Source: Neoechinorhynchus agilis (taxonomy: Eukaryota > Animalia > Acanthocephala). Taken from it: a stretch of DNA of 64,000 nt. The translations under genes and the position numbers were made by a program. Shown in pieces: positions 47,722 to 60,699 of the stretch. Where the stretch lies: the NCBI GenBank assembly GCA_051530055.1, contig CM121341.1, positions 16,842,784 to 16,906,783 of the forward strand, read 5' to 3'. Below the pieces are notes generated by a model. That model did not search any database and had not been told where the DNA came from. It saw only the letters and a list, made by a program, of their open reading frames with translations. Position 1 is the first letter of the stretch. The number at the start of each line of letters is the position of its first letter.

Positions 47722-49825
47722 CTAAGGAAAGAATGAATGAGGCGCTTGCGAAAAAAAGATGAGTCCTGCAGTTTTCTCAAAGTTAGTGATGAGTTTCGAA
47801 TGACCAACGCAATCAATATTAAAAATCGTAGTCCAGGGCACTAACGAACTTGGAAAGGATTTCGAATGTTTACAAATCGCGAATTCGGAAACTGGATTAC
47901 GTGGTTGATTTCGAACCCAAAAGCTGTTTAGTCTTGCAAGTTTCAAATAGGAGTCACTTGTACATTCGCATCAGGAAGAATAACGCGGAAAACGCAATTT
48001 AAAGCAAAACAATAAAAAAAGAGCCTTCTTAAATCCCCAAAAATGATCATAAACAGTATGATGTTTCACCTTTTTCGACCGCCTAAGGAACGACGATATA
48101 CGAAACAGATTTCACGTTACTCCGATCGGGGACTGAGTTCGAGAGGTCCGCTAAAGTGCGAGTAATCTCTGGTGGAGAACCGAAAGGCCGACCGAAACTG
48201 CGATGGATGTGCTAAAAGCTGCACACAGACCAAGCCTTCGAATGCGAAAAATGGAGGAAAAGATAAGCAAAAGCCACCTCCGCCTCTATATCCGATAGAG
48301 GCTGAAGAAGTGCTTACCGATTTTAATGTGGGTTGATTTCTGAAAAATAAACATTGAAACGACAATACTTCCATTCCAATCTATTTGCTAATCTCAGCAA
48401 TTCTTACAATAACACCGACAAGAGATTGGCCGAAAAATGCTTCAGCTTAACACAAACAAAACAAACCTTTCGAACTTATGCTTTATTAGTGCTAAGAAAA
48501 TTTGTTAGCGTTAAGGAATTTTTATGTGAAGAAAACCGCTACATTTTCATAAATAGACAACAATCTTAGCTATTAATTGTAGACTGAAAAAAGTGACCTG
48601 TCCATTTTATAAAATGATTGAGCGCCAGTTCTCATTTTGGGAAATAATCTAACTGAAAAAGGTTGATAGCGATGCACAAACAAGTTTTTATGCTCCGCTG
48701 AGTTATGGAAACTTACAAAACATTAAATTGCACCAAGTCGATTATTTCCCCAAATTGGTTTAATTCAGCCCAAATTTTTAATATTTCCTTTTCTAACAGA
48801 AGGGCCAGAAAATCTTCGATGACTCCCGGTTTTCTTCTATATCCAAAGTGATCTTAGAACAAAGAATTTTAGAAGATGGGGTTAAGTTGCGCCATCGGGA
48901 CCTCCTAACGATATCCAAAAATCTGCTTTTGGTATAAGATAGCGATTTGGCGAAAAATAGGTTAGTAAATGTTTTCCGGACACTATTGATGATGTTCATC
49001 TCTCTCTCAGTGGTGGCACCAAGTAGCAATTTTAGCTCAGCATAGAACTTAACTTTTTCTTTAGGAGTATTCCACAGAAAGTTTTTGGGTGCATTTATAG
49101 TCTTCTTGGATACACTATAGATGATATTCATTGGTATAGAAGGATCAACCATTTTCAGTTGTTATTTTCGAATCTTTCATCACCAGATTCGGTTAAAATG
49201 TTTTCATGTTCAAAGAAGACAATTAGTCACAAGGTACCGCGCGTAAGTGCAATTGAATCACATTCGTCTCCTCCTTTTTGAAAAAGCACACTTAACGCCG
49301 GTCCGACCCCGTCTGGATCCAAGAAAAACTCCCTCTCCTTCTTTTCCGCCTCCTTATGAGAAATACATATATACACACACAATCGCTCCCAATCGACCTT
49401 GGCTGTTCATGCAAGCAACCGCCGTCGTCATTACGGTGGCTGATGTATATACAATGAAGACACATCAAAAAAAAGTGTCGGTGCCAGTGGATAGGGCGAT
49501 GAATGGATACTTACGATTTGTTTTTTAATTCTTTGAATGCCTTTAGTCAATGTGAACAATCGTCGACTGGATCGTCTTGGTTTGTGTAATACGAGAGCAG
49601 ACGACATTTGGAAGAGTCCACTGGTTGTGGTCGTAGATTTGACAGCCGTAAAAACTGGGACGGGAAATGATTAGAGCGCTCGAGTGCTCGGGTTTATCGG
49701 CTGTTGTTGACTGGATGCCAGATGAGAGGGGAGCGTGTCGTGGAGCTTCTCTTGAGATAAGGGATACTGTTTGCGTGCTGGTATGAAACCGAATTGGCGT
49801 ACCAAAACCCGCGCACACACAAACC

Positions 49826-50165
49826 GAGAGAGAGACGAAAATCAAAGAATTTGGATATGGTAACTTCGTCTGTTCTTGCATTCAATCCTTCCATCGGAAG
49901 TAGTACATAGGCCAATCACGTCGCTTCCATCACAATAACGAAACCATTTGAATGATGAACATGTCACAATGACCTTTTATCAATAAATTCGAAAAAAACC
50001 TTAACAACGTCCATTAACCCTTGACTCACCGATGCTTTCCGGTCATGAACGTACTTGGTCAGGTAGTGGTTCAATGATGTGACTGCTTTTGCCGTGTTCG
50101 GTCCTGTGCCGGATACAAGCATTGCCCGATCAATCTTGTCAATTACCAAAACGTATGGTTCCTAT
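49826..50165 (-). CDS. Two exons of an unidentified gene with a Walker-B-like motif
   Basis: ag|EPYVLVIDKIDRAML...DRKAS|gtgagt...ag|VIVTCSSFKWFRYCDG; canonical splice sites join them in frame; other exons not resolved. Confidence 0.35.
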
Positions 50166-51029
50166 CGATTATGTTCGACCGTAATGAAAGGAAAAGATTA
50201 GAAATGTCAAGAAATCTTTAGCCCTTTCGGGGAAATATGGCGCTTATTTAGGATATTTTGATGTTCCAGAAACCAAGCACAAATGTCTCACAATTAGGCA
50301 AACTTAAACATCGACAAATGTCCAATATAAAAAAACTCAAATTCAAAAAATAAATCCTAACGAGATTATGTTATTCTTGACCTCATTCAAACATCCTTCA
50401 ACGATTAGTTTTGTTATGCATTCTTAAAACATTAAACAGAATGCGATCATGATTGATGGGAACCTCTTTCTGGATAACACTAGTTTTTATGCTATAAGTA
50501 GCACTTTCAAAGGTTAAAAACATTAAAATGGTACTTTGGATTTATTGTGCATTTGCGAATAAACAAGAATCCAAGTTTATAGGTATTCGTACCGAAAAGA
50601 CGTTCGCTTAAATTTTGCGAAGGACACAAACGCACGACCCATTAAGATGAACTCCTTTTATGTTGTTGAAACACTTGGGCGCGGTAATAAATATGGTGCA
50701 AAGCTTATCAACCAACCTTGTACAATATTAAATTTCTGTTTACAGTTTCAGATTATCGGTATCTAGGCGTTGGCTGAATGCAGCTTCATCAGTGGAGCGC
50801 TAAGAAAATTGAAGCAAATTCACAGAGAAATATGGAATTGTTTTGCTAGTCGAGTAGTGAGTGAAAAACTATCTCTGACCCTCGTTCAATTGTAGATATT
50901 TTGTTTGTGAATTTCAAAACAATCTGACTCGAAAAAGATAAAATGTATAAACTTGGTTCGCCCTTGTGTATTTTCGACCGGTTTCATTATTCGTGTTGAA
51001 ATTCAACCATTAATCATTTAATATACAAT

Positions 51030-51684
51030 TTACTTATCGTTGAATCTTGGAAAAATCATGGGTTGAACGGCATAACCATCCTTAAAACGATTATTACCTT
51101 TAAAAGGCGGGCAAAATGAATTATATGATCGATTTGGCAAATCCATAGGACGTTTATTAGCTCCACTTACCTTCGAATTAATGTTTTCAAATATTTGATG
51201 CAAATACGCATTCAATTGAACAAGGTTTACAACTTCATACACATTTCCAATCGAATTATTAGTCGAGACTTGAAGGCATTGACAGCATTTTATAAGGTCC
51301 AACTTTCCATTGAACCCAGCTTGCTCTAACAATTTCAAACTATCTTAAACGGTATAAAACTAGTGTTATACACCGAGAATCATACCAAATCGATAACTTG
51401 TTATTGATCATTCCTCTAAGATAAATGACGTTTTTGTATAAACGACAACCAACGATCGAAGTAAAGTCCATTTCCTTATCATCGCTCCATATTATGGGCT
51501 TGAGCTGACAACTTGCACTGACGTATCGTTCCATCCGTCTCACTTCTGCGGCATTGAATCTGTTGTCTTTTCTAATTTGAGCAAGGAGTTCGTCTGCATT
51601 GTCAAAACAGTTAGAGTAACCGCAAATGGACAGTTTATTAGCCAGCTGAACCCCAAGTTCGAGAAACTGAAGTTCAGTGATCAT
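51030..51684 (-). CDS. Unidentified protein, two exons joined by a probable 46-nt GT-AG intron
   Basis: tg|gtatga...aagatag|t joins ORFs 51340..51684 and 51030..51338 in frame (NKLSICLKLLEQ). Confidence 0.5.
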
Positions 51685-51837
51685 CTAGGAAGAATGTGGA
51701 GAGACTAGCCCTTTAAAGCTTTTATGACCACTGGGTCGTTATCTAACACTAACAATCTAATTTAAAATCAAACGAATAAATATTTCTAAGCTTTTTTAAT
51801 TAATACTGTGGAAGTCTCTTACTCAATTTTAATTGTA

Positions 51838-51960
51838 ATCATTGAGAGAAAATCCTTCGAGATGTTAGAATTAAAACTCTGGTGATCATAATCCCAAAGA
51901 AAAGATATTTCCAATAAAATGTGATTTGTCCGGGGGAATATCATCACCACAACTACAATT
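51838..51960. repeat. Dispersed repeat family B, copy 2
   Basis: Matches 22981-23110 and the gatgatagaatcaaatctgtggtaaacataatccc segment at 54611-54645. Confidence 0.55.
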
Positions 51961-52992
51961 CTAACTGTATTTTCTTAAATGCATTGCCCTCATAATTTCT
52001 CGCTCAATTTCGTGACTTTCAATTTCACTACAAATACATGATCATTTTATACAGTTTTTTATCGGACCAGTCAGCCACAATAAAAAATTGATTTATGCAC
52101 CCAATCATAGTTTTATAGTTCCGTTTAAAATAATTGATGACCTGCAATTTTTATGCGTCTTCAAACGTCTTGATTGTTCATGGATTTTTCATTTGTTGCC
52201 ACAGCACAACTAAAAAGACTTATTATGGAAATCGACATTTCTCACTTCACAGCACGGCGGTATTGAGCTCAAACCGAACCCGATTCTCATGATCAGATAT
52301 TATTTACATAATTCCTTTACGTTGATTCTTGTAATAATTTACCAAGCATGACTTTACATTCCGTCTGCCATTCTGTTCATAAAAAAGCAAAAAGATTCAG
52401 ACGATCTAAACGCCGTAACAACGATACATTTTTAGTTTTAAACTTATCTGCTAATTTAAATAATATATAATGGTGTTGGTTGTTTTGGAGCGTAATCACC
52501 AGTATTACAAAATTGAATACTGTAGGAAAAAAGGCGGATCAAAACGTTGAAGGCAATCAGTTATCTGATAATCCAATAGTGATCATTAATACGATTGTAA
52601 TTCCTCGAAAATAAGGATTAAAAAAAGCAATAAATATTAATGAATTTCGGCTGAGCGAACTTAAAGAATTTCATATAATTTGCCAAAGTTCTACTGTTAT
52701 TCCAAAAAGAGCATAATTTCATACGTTGAAAACCGACGACTCGGATTCCTATTGAAATGTATTATTCAAAATCGAAACAAAAAATATGTGAACTGAAACA
52801 TTGCCCTCAACATTTCCTTTTCCTATGATCTTTCAATGAATCTTGATAACCGATAACGAATTAGAATTCCTTTTTGAATTTAAAATTGTCGATTTCCTCG
52901 CAGTGTTTCGAATAACTGCCATTGTTTTCATCGTTGTCGAGCGCATCTCCCATGGTCGAACGAACGAAACTCAGGGGTTTAAAAATTCGATT

Positions 52993-53277
52993 TCAGCAAG
53001 AATCTTGAACGGAAATCGAGTTCAATGTAACATTTTCTACCCCACAATGTACCCAATTCATTACCAAAATATCTTCGTATAGGACTGCCATTGATCTTTC
53101 TCGTTTAGTGAGCATTCTGAGATAGGCACCAACGGCATCCACATTTCCCTTTCGATAAACAAATACGAATTTCCATGGTCCAGGTTCATCATGAACAATG
53201 CCTCCGTTCTTTTTCCATATATCACGGATATGAGCACTTGAGCAGTGAATGAAATACGCTTCAAGGTTTGTGAACAT
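52993..53277 (-). CDS. TERB2: TERB2-like N-terminal domain (meiotic telomere bouquet protein), 3' end uncertain
   Basis: MFTNLEAYFIHCSSAHIRDIWKKNGGIVHDEPGPWKFVF follows the pattern I recall for the TERB2 N-terminus (MF....WF.......LR..W...GG.I.D......FLF); identification from memory only. Confidence 0.5.
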   Translation of the reverse strand: MFTNLEAYFIHCSSAHIRDIWKKNGGIVHDEPGPWKFVFVYRKGNVDAVGAYLRMLTKRERSMAVLYEDILVMNWVHCGVENVTLNSISVQDSC

Positions 53278-53829
53278 CTTCAAAATGAATTTATCATAAG
53301 AACCTTTAAGATGGTCCAATTCAATCGTTCGTTCCTTAATGAAAATTGAAATTTAGGAGGAACCGTCGAGCGAATTAGCGTTTCCGTCGATTTCTGGATT
53401 ACTTGTTTCAAATCAGCGTAAGATAAACCAACTCGATGATCGATTAGAACCCAATTTTCCTCAACGATGAAATGTTTTGAAATCGATTTCTATCCTACAA
53501 AATTAAAGTTACAGTCCAACTATGAAGCGCATTTTGTTTGAATTGTGCCCAAATACATTCGAAACCTCTCAAAGATTCACGAAACTAATCATTAATCAAA
53601 ATCGAAAGCAATGCGGTCACAAAAGGTGGTTCAAAAAATTAAGAAAATTCGCAATATTCAAAGAATGCCATCTCTTTTTCTGTCCTATACTTCAAAATAA
53701 CCCCAAAGACTAAAAAACTTGCGAAACAACCGTCCGAACAAAATTAATATCCATGATCAACTTCTTTACAAAGACTAACCGTTAAAAATTAAAGTAACAA
53801 CTTCCAATATTCACTGAAAAAACAGTGCT

Positions 53830-54294
53830 TTACTGTGCCTTTTTAGCCATCATCGCAACATTGGCCAAATGAATCGCTTGAACTCTTTTTAGAGCAGCGG
53901 ACTTTAAATCGCGTCTATATCCGGGCTTATTTTTCATTATATTCTTCACGGATTTCATGGCGGCCTTCTTTCCCTTTCTAAACACAATCTGCCTGTCCCT
54001 TGAAGACATCTTTCTGTCCCCTTTCTTTCTTCGCATGGTCATCGCGATTGATTTGCCATCTTTGGAATTAATATCGATCACTTGATCGTGAATAAGGCCA
54101 CTATTACGAAATGTGTGCTTGTTGAGAAGATTGAACCGCTCACGAGTGAGCACAGTGCCGAGAGATTGAACTTTAAAGCAACTTGTGTTACGGATCATCG
54201 CCCATTTGAGATCTGCTGAAATACGATTAGAGGGGCCTGTCTTTAGTATGTGAAGCTGATGAACAGGACGTTGAGCAAACACCTTTGGAGCCAT
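53830..54294 (-). CDS. RPL28: 60S ribosomal protein eL28
   Basis: SADLKWAMIRNTSCF, E..NL...HTFRNSGLI, YRRDLKSAALKRV. Confidence 0.93.
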   Translation of the reverse strand: MAPKVFAQRPVHQLHILKTGPSNRISADLKWAMIRNTSCFKVQSLGTVLTRERFNLLNKHTFRNSGLIHDQVIDINSKDGKSIAMTMRRKKGDRKMSSRDRQIVFRKGKKAAMKSVKNIMKNKPGYRRDLKSAALKRVQAIHLANVAMMAKKAQ

Positions 54295-54599
54295 TGGATT
54301 TGGGAAATATTATGCGTGCCAGAGTGAAGGCGTCGATTTAAACACAGAAGAAACCTTACTGAAGAATGACGTCAATGGTCCACGATGACGTATTTAGACC
54401 TTTTTAATGGTTCGAACCATAACTGTGCGGCTAAAAACGATTGTGATTTTATAAACCGAAAACGGAATGAGAATCTTCGTTCAATCTTTAAGTCATAGAC
54501 ATTTCATAAAGTTTGATCCGTTTCCTAGATCCATTATTACTTCATGGAAAGATTCAATATTTCTTTCAAAGGATAAAATCATATTAATTTCACCATAGA

Positions 54600-55340
54600 A
54601 ATTTTTTCGGGATGATAGAATCAAATCTGTGGTAAACATAATCCCGGGCATGACTTAATTGATTTATTTGAAATATTTAACGAGGTAAGTCATCGACATT
54701 CCCAAATATCCTTTATTAGCTCGGAATGCATGATATCATAAGATTTGTTATTGATGAAACTAAAACGACATATTTGAATTAGTTCATAAAACTTTAATAT
54801 TAACATAAAATTACAGTTTCAGTGAACATAATCCCGAACCATGACTTAATTGATTTATTTGAAATATTTCACGAAGCTACCTCGCCTCTTCAGTCATCTA
54901 CAAAGTTGTTACATTTTATATGTTCTATGGCTTGGATGCGCGGGATCGTCATTCCTGAAGTTCTGGGACCGCGTGATTAGTCTCAGGCGATTTTTTGTTG
55001 AGCGGTCGGTGGTTATAGCTTTTGATTCCCTGGTCTATAATCTATTTGGGATATCCCCTCATTTTCAACTATATTTACTCCACACAACTCGAGTGGATGA
55101 GGGGAGCCCAACTTCTTTGAACTTCATGGCGATGTAAATCGGTGGTGAAGTTATGTAGATCATGTAATCAATATGGCTGAATCAAACCACAACAACGGCC
55201 AATGTTACAACTTTGTAGATGATCTGAAGAGACGAACTTACCTCGCAAAATATTTCAAATAAATCAATTGTCTCATGCCCGAAATTATGCGCATCACGGT
55301 TCTAATATTAATTTCAATTCATGCAACCGAGCATAATTCG
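54600..55340. repeat. Repeat family B composite: direct repeats (54635, 54825) plus inverted arm (54825-54916 vs 55203-55290)
   Basis: aacataatccc..catgacttaattgatttatttgaaatattt occurs twice forward and once reverse-complemented; ctcttcag(a)tcatctacaaagttgt(t/a)acatt is inverted across a ~285-bp spacer. Confidence 0.8.
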
Positions 55341-55699
55341 ATTCATTTTAAGAAGATTTCACCAATCAAATTCATGGAAAATGTAAAAAAACCACTTTGG
55401 CATTTACTTCGTTTTTTATAGACGTAATTAGACTATGAATTCGCCCACAAAATAGCAAAATATCCACTTTTTTAAAGTTCAATTCAACTTGAATATGCCT
55501 TTAAACTTTGATCACTGAATATTCAATTTGAGTCCATATCCTGAATTTTCCTTCCAAAAACTAAAATACGGCATGTGGCATAATCGTAAAGTTCAAATGA
55601 ATATATCAAGCTTAAATTAATTTTTTCCGTTCAATCGTGGAATATTTAACGAAATTTACTTTTCGTCGTGAAAACTTCTTTAAGAAATATTAAATGTGA

Positions 55700-58330
55700 A
55701 TTTAATCTTTGTAATTTTTTTACTCAAAAGTTTTTTACATATATAACACACTAGATCATTCGCACCACCGCTCTGGATCACTCAACTGCCGTCCTGGTGT
55801 AACGGTCGAAAGGACGGATGCAGCGTTCCCTCGTTGCACAGCCAGACTAATGTTTTGCAGGAATTCTGCCCTCGGATCGTCAGCGATTCGTCTGATTCTC
55901 TTGGACAATTGCTTGACCAGGTAATGCGCCGCGGTACAAATAACACGAGTGCCTCGACGCCAAATGGAGCGAAATAATGATTTCGATCCAGGTCCCTGTA
56001 TTTTGTGTTTTTTTTGCGATCCTCAACAGCAGTTGTTGTTCCCCCTGGTTAAATACTGGCGAATTTTATGTTACTGGCTGCGAGCGTGTCCAAGAAACGT
56101 GGCGTCCCAGAGAAGGCATTTTCCTTCTCGCCACGGGAATACTGTGACACCGTCCGGTCTATGGCCATCGAGTCTGCAAAGATTGCTCAACCCTAGGATG
56201 TTGGATGCATTTACAGTATTCAGGTCACGAATAAGAACTGCGTTCACTTCGGCGTGTCGTCAATACCTCCGACGTGATTGCCGACAGACGAGACCATGGC
56301 GTTCCGATGGTTCCACGGTCGCCGCGGAACAGCAGCGATGGGATGTGCACATCGGTACCCCAAGTCTCAGGGACACTGCAATCCTTACTGTCTCGTCGGA
56401 GAGAAGGGTTCCCACAGAAGCGATTGAGATAGCGTCGAGCCAAGCACACGATTCTCTTGTAGGGACTACCGCTAATCGAGTTCGGTTCACCAGGTCACGA
56501 AAATCTGAAATTTAAGAGTTATGAATTCTCGCTACCAGGCGTGAGTCCCAAACTAATTGTTTGCAACCATTGACGGTTACCTGCTCGCTTCCTGAATTTC
56601 CACACGAAAGATTTAGCGCCTCCACGAAATCTTTATACAAAGTGTTGCTTCATACGGTCCCAAATAAGCTGGCAGAGAAATATTGGCTGCTTTTTGTATA
56701 CTCAAACTGTCGGACGACACAGGCAAGAACGCCCGACGAAAGGCCTCGTCCGACAGCTGAGTATTTAAAATTTTCTCGAGAGAGGCTTTCACCGTATCGT
56801 TAAATTTTGCTAGCTTATCCTTATGTATAAAAAGGTGCTGTGCGCAGCCGTTAGAGCTGAATAGGAGAGAGTGCGCGACGGCAATGACTGCGAGTGAGAA
56901 GGTTAATGGGCCCAAAGGATCCCTTATTGAACTGCTCTTTCTGACCACAAAACGTGGTTATTGAACAAAAAGGGTGTTGGAGTCCCATAGGCATCAACGA
57001 AATAGCAAAATGCTTCTGGTGCGTGATCAATAAGTACTCCGAGCAAATCTGCTCGGTGAACTGTGTTGAATGCATTTTGGAAATCACATTTCAAGATCAC
57101 GCACGGCTTTTGGTTTCCGGCGATGAACGTGCGGAGTGAGTGAACAATCTCCTCTGTGTCGCCAGGTGTACCGCAGCCTAACTTAGTAGGGCGAAGCAGC
57201 ATCCCTACTTTTTCCGAGATCCTTTTATTTAAAATTTTTGTTGTTAAGCGGCGCAGAGTTGTTCCAACTGCAATGGGACGAATCCCACCATTTTTTGCGC
57301 GGGCGCACAATGATGCGCCGAAAAATAACTCAATTGCTTTTGGAATAAACTTTCCGCCTGTAAATTGGTTGACTAGGCGTGTCAATGCATCTTCAAGGGA
57401 CTGGGCAGCGTCATCTACTGAAAAGGAAGTCATATCCTTCAGGTGTTGAGGCCGCAGCCCGTCAAGCCCGTGAACTGATCCGTTAGCAAAAGAGGAAATT
57501 GCCATCTTCAATTCTGATTTCGATGATAAAACATAAGGGATCGTATCGAAGGACGAGGATACTTCGAAATTCTGCTGACCGCCGCCACTGGGACGTTTTA
57601 AACGAAGAGTTCGTAAAGTTTCGTCATCTTTGGCGAGACTGTCCATTGATGATAAAAGACGAACTGCTCCTCTGGCATCTCCGTCTGCGAACTTCGAATA
57701 AAAGCGTCTAGCAAGCGACCGATTTGAGTTTCGGTCGTGGTCAGGCTCTTGGGCACGCTCCTTACATAACTCGCATGCTGTCGAAAGACATTAAAATTTT
57801 CACCAAAAGAAATTCGCTCTTTTATTTTTGCGGTCAGAGATCCCTCAGAAACATCACCAGCGGAAAACACCAGTCTGGAGAACGCAAAGAGTCGCATCCA
57901 CGACAACTCTGAATTAGTCTCGATGCAGTCTGTCAATAGAGAGGTGAATCCCTCCGCGGCCTGATATCGCGCGTCCCTTGGGATTCTTTTCAGAAGGTTC
58001 CTGGGCAGAACTCTCGCAGAATATTCACTAAAAATGGAATTTAATTTTGTACTGGTGATGTCGTGAGGCGTACACCAACAAGGGACTAAGGTGGCGAACC
58101 ACTCCTGTTTTCGTCAGGGAGAAAATCCCATCACAAACCTCACAAAATCCTGTTAAGAAGCTCCTCTTGACTGAGGAAGTTGAAGCTCGTTTTGCGCGGG
58201 CAAGTTTCCGTCTTCATATTGTGGTCTAGCATCCGGGTTCCGAGCGAAGCGAGAGGACGGCATCTGTGTCGTCGGTGGTGCCCGGGAAAATGTCGGAATT
58301 ATCCGACGTTGTTATTACCTCTAAAAAAAT
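55700..58330 (-). mobile_element. CRE-clade non-LTR retrotransposon (RT + restriction-like endonuclease), decayed
   Basis: N-terminal CEVCDGIFSL..GVVRH finger; RT motifs GGIRPIAVG.TLRRL, KCDFQNAFN, DPLGPLTFSLAV; RHGLVC, RPDGVTVFPWREGKCLLWD, SLAVQRGNA; many frameshifts; A-rich 3' end near 55700-55740. Confidence 0.88.
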
Positions 58331-58496
58331 TTTTGTTAATGCTTGCATCAAGAGATATTTTTCACCGTGAAGTATTGAAACCCCACTATTGGTTCCACAA
58401 TTGAATCAATTTTCTGTTTTTAGAGAATTTCTCACCGAGTCTTTCGTACGTCTGTACTTTAAGTACACCAACCCCGTCTTTTAAATCATTTCACTC

Positions 58497-59009
58497 ATGA
58501 GTGCTGATCGGTCTCGGCTGGGTGAATCCGTTTGCCAAGTTTGCACTGATTTCAAAGACTGGGTATCGCTGAAGTTTAGGCGCGTCAAATCGAATTCCAG
58601 TACTGAACAAAATCGTTCGGATGTCTTTGATTTCTCTACTCCTCAACTGACCATTACCGAAGAAAGACCTATTGTCCGTGATGAGTTAGGTCGCGCCACT
58701 TGGTCTCTCCTTCATACAATGGCTTCCACGTTTCCTGAGAAACCAACAGCATTAGAACAGACGAGTGCACTTCAATTCATTGATGCTCTGGTTCGCTTTT
58801 ATCCATGCGAAGAGTGTAGATTACATTGGAAGAAGGAGGTGGAAATGCATCCACCGGATGCGTCAAATCGAAAAACACTGTCTTTATGGCTATGTGAGCA
58901 ACATAATGCGGTAAATCAAAGACTCGGTAAGGATTTATTCGATTGTAAGCGAGTGGACAAACGTTGGAAGTTCGCAGGGAAAGGACCTAACACAGAATCT
59001 AAGAAGTAA
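58497..59009 (+). CDS. GFER: Erv1/ALR FAD-linked sulfhydryl oxidase
   Basis: CQVCTDFKDW, ELGRATWSLLHTMA, YPCEEC, WLCEQHNAVNQRLGKDLFDC. Confidence 0.96.
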   Translation: MSADRSRLGESVCQVCTDFKDWVSLKFRRVKSNSSTEQNRSDVFDFSTPQLTITEERPIVRDELGRATWSLLHTMASTFPEKPTALEQTSALQFIDALVRFYPCEECRLHWKKEVEMHPPDASNRKTLSLWLCEQHNAVNQRLGKDLFDCKRVDKRWKFAGKGPNTESKK

Positions 59010-59439
59010 CCGAAAGCCTTCAATAAATCCCACTTTGTCTCCGAATTGGGATTTAAAGTGTAAATTTCTTGTTTAAGCTTATTGAAGTCGGCAATGATAT
59101 ATTCGCGAGAAACGTTTTACATATAAAACAAAACCATGTATTATGTTTCATCTTTGATCTATAGACAAAATATTCTAGGATCTTCAATATCGTCATATTC
59201 GAAATTGCGATCGAATGTGTCGAATGGAAAAATATTTCAGCCATTAGAATTTAAAATGCGACTTTTGTTCCTAAATATGTGTTTTGGGCATATAAACCAT
59301 TGAGATTAAATGTATGTCCCGATTTATCATATCCCATGAATTTCCTATTGCCGAACCATTCTCCTCTGATGCACACCGTCGCTACAATTTTTTTCGTATC
59401 ACTCAACTCCTTTCCACTGACTCACATTCTGCATTGATC

Positions 59440-60510
59440 CGAAATAAACCGGACTAGAAACCCAGCCTAACAAACTCTCCTGCAAACAATAACTGCCAAC
59501 TTTCTCAACCGGATTGGAACCGTCATCCACTCCAAAATAAATAAAGTACATTCAAGGAACCTATCATATCATTCCAGTGTTCACAGGGACCCATAGGTAG
59601 ATGGTTCCTCTTCTTTGTTCAAGAATAAAACGTGTTACCGAAAAGGCCAAATTATTAAATAGATAAACAAAGATTGCGACTTTTTAAAATGATCTCAGTA
59701 ATTTAATGCAATTCTTCCATTTTCCAGGTAACTGGGTTCAATTTGCGATTTAACGATTTCACCCCCTCAATCCATCAAGGAAATCGTCAACAAACAATCA
59801 AAACGCCTCTCAACCCTACCACCACAATTTTTAAGACATTTTGTTCCCTTTTCAAACATCAGAACAACACTCGCAATCCCAATTCTTTTCATCCCCCATC
59901 TACCTCCGATCCTTTTTCATACTGCTCAATCCTCTCGGATATCATAACTTGAAATGAACGCGAGGAAAGACCAACCTCACAAGCTCTTATGCAAACAATA
60001 ACCATTAACTTTCCCAACTCGACCGGAACCGTCATCAACTCCAAAATAAACAACTACATTCAAGGGACCTATAGACAGTTCCTCTTCTTTGTTCAAGAAT
60101 AAAACGTGTTACCGAAAAGGCTAAATTATTAAATAGATAAACAAAGATTGCGACTTTTCAAAATGATCTCAGTAATTTAATGCAATTTTTGCGTTCTCCT
60201 AGTAACTGGGTACAATTTGCGATTTAACGATTTCACCCCCTCAATCCATCAGAGAAGTCGCCAACAAACAATCAAAAAGATTCTCAACTCTACCACCACA
60301 ATTTCTACAACATTTTATTCCCCTTTCACACGAGAACAACACTCGCAATCCCAATTCCTCTCATCCTTCCTGTACCTACGCTCCTTTTTCCATGCTGCCC
60401 AATATTCTGGGATATCATAAACCGAAATGAACCTGAGGAAAGACCCAACCTAGCAAACTCTAATGCAAACGATAACCACCAACTTTCCCAACCGTACTGG
60501 AACCACCATC
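59440..60510. repeat. Diverged tandem repeat, ~475-510 bp unit, about 2.2 copies
   Basis: The same ~90-bp motif starts at about 59440, 59950 and 60422; 59605-59780 and 60078-60255 are near-identical; the two spurious ORFs are 474 bp apart. Confidence 0.9.
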
Positions 60511-60699
60511 CAATGTGATGTTATTTTATTGTTTACGTTATTTACTTTTTTTTAACCAGGAGCTATTTATTCAATCAATCTTCATTTCTCGACAATTAAC
60601 ACACTCACCACCTCCCGCAGAATTCCACCCACTTATTTGTTTAAGAATAACACTTGTTATTGTTATAAACTCAAACAAAAATTAAGCAATTCTCAACTC

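Noticed and set aside
59743-60420. Two similar ORFs starting MRFNDFTPSIHQ
   Set aside because: Non-ATG starts, no motif; they arise from the tandem repeat.
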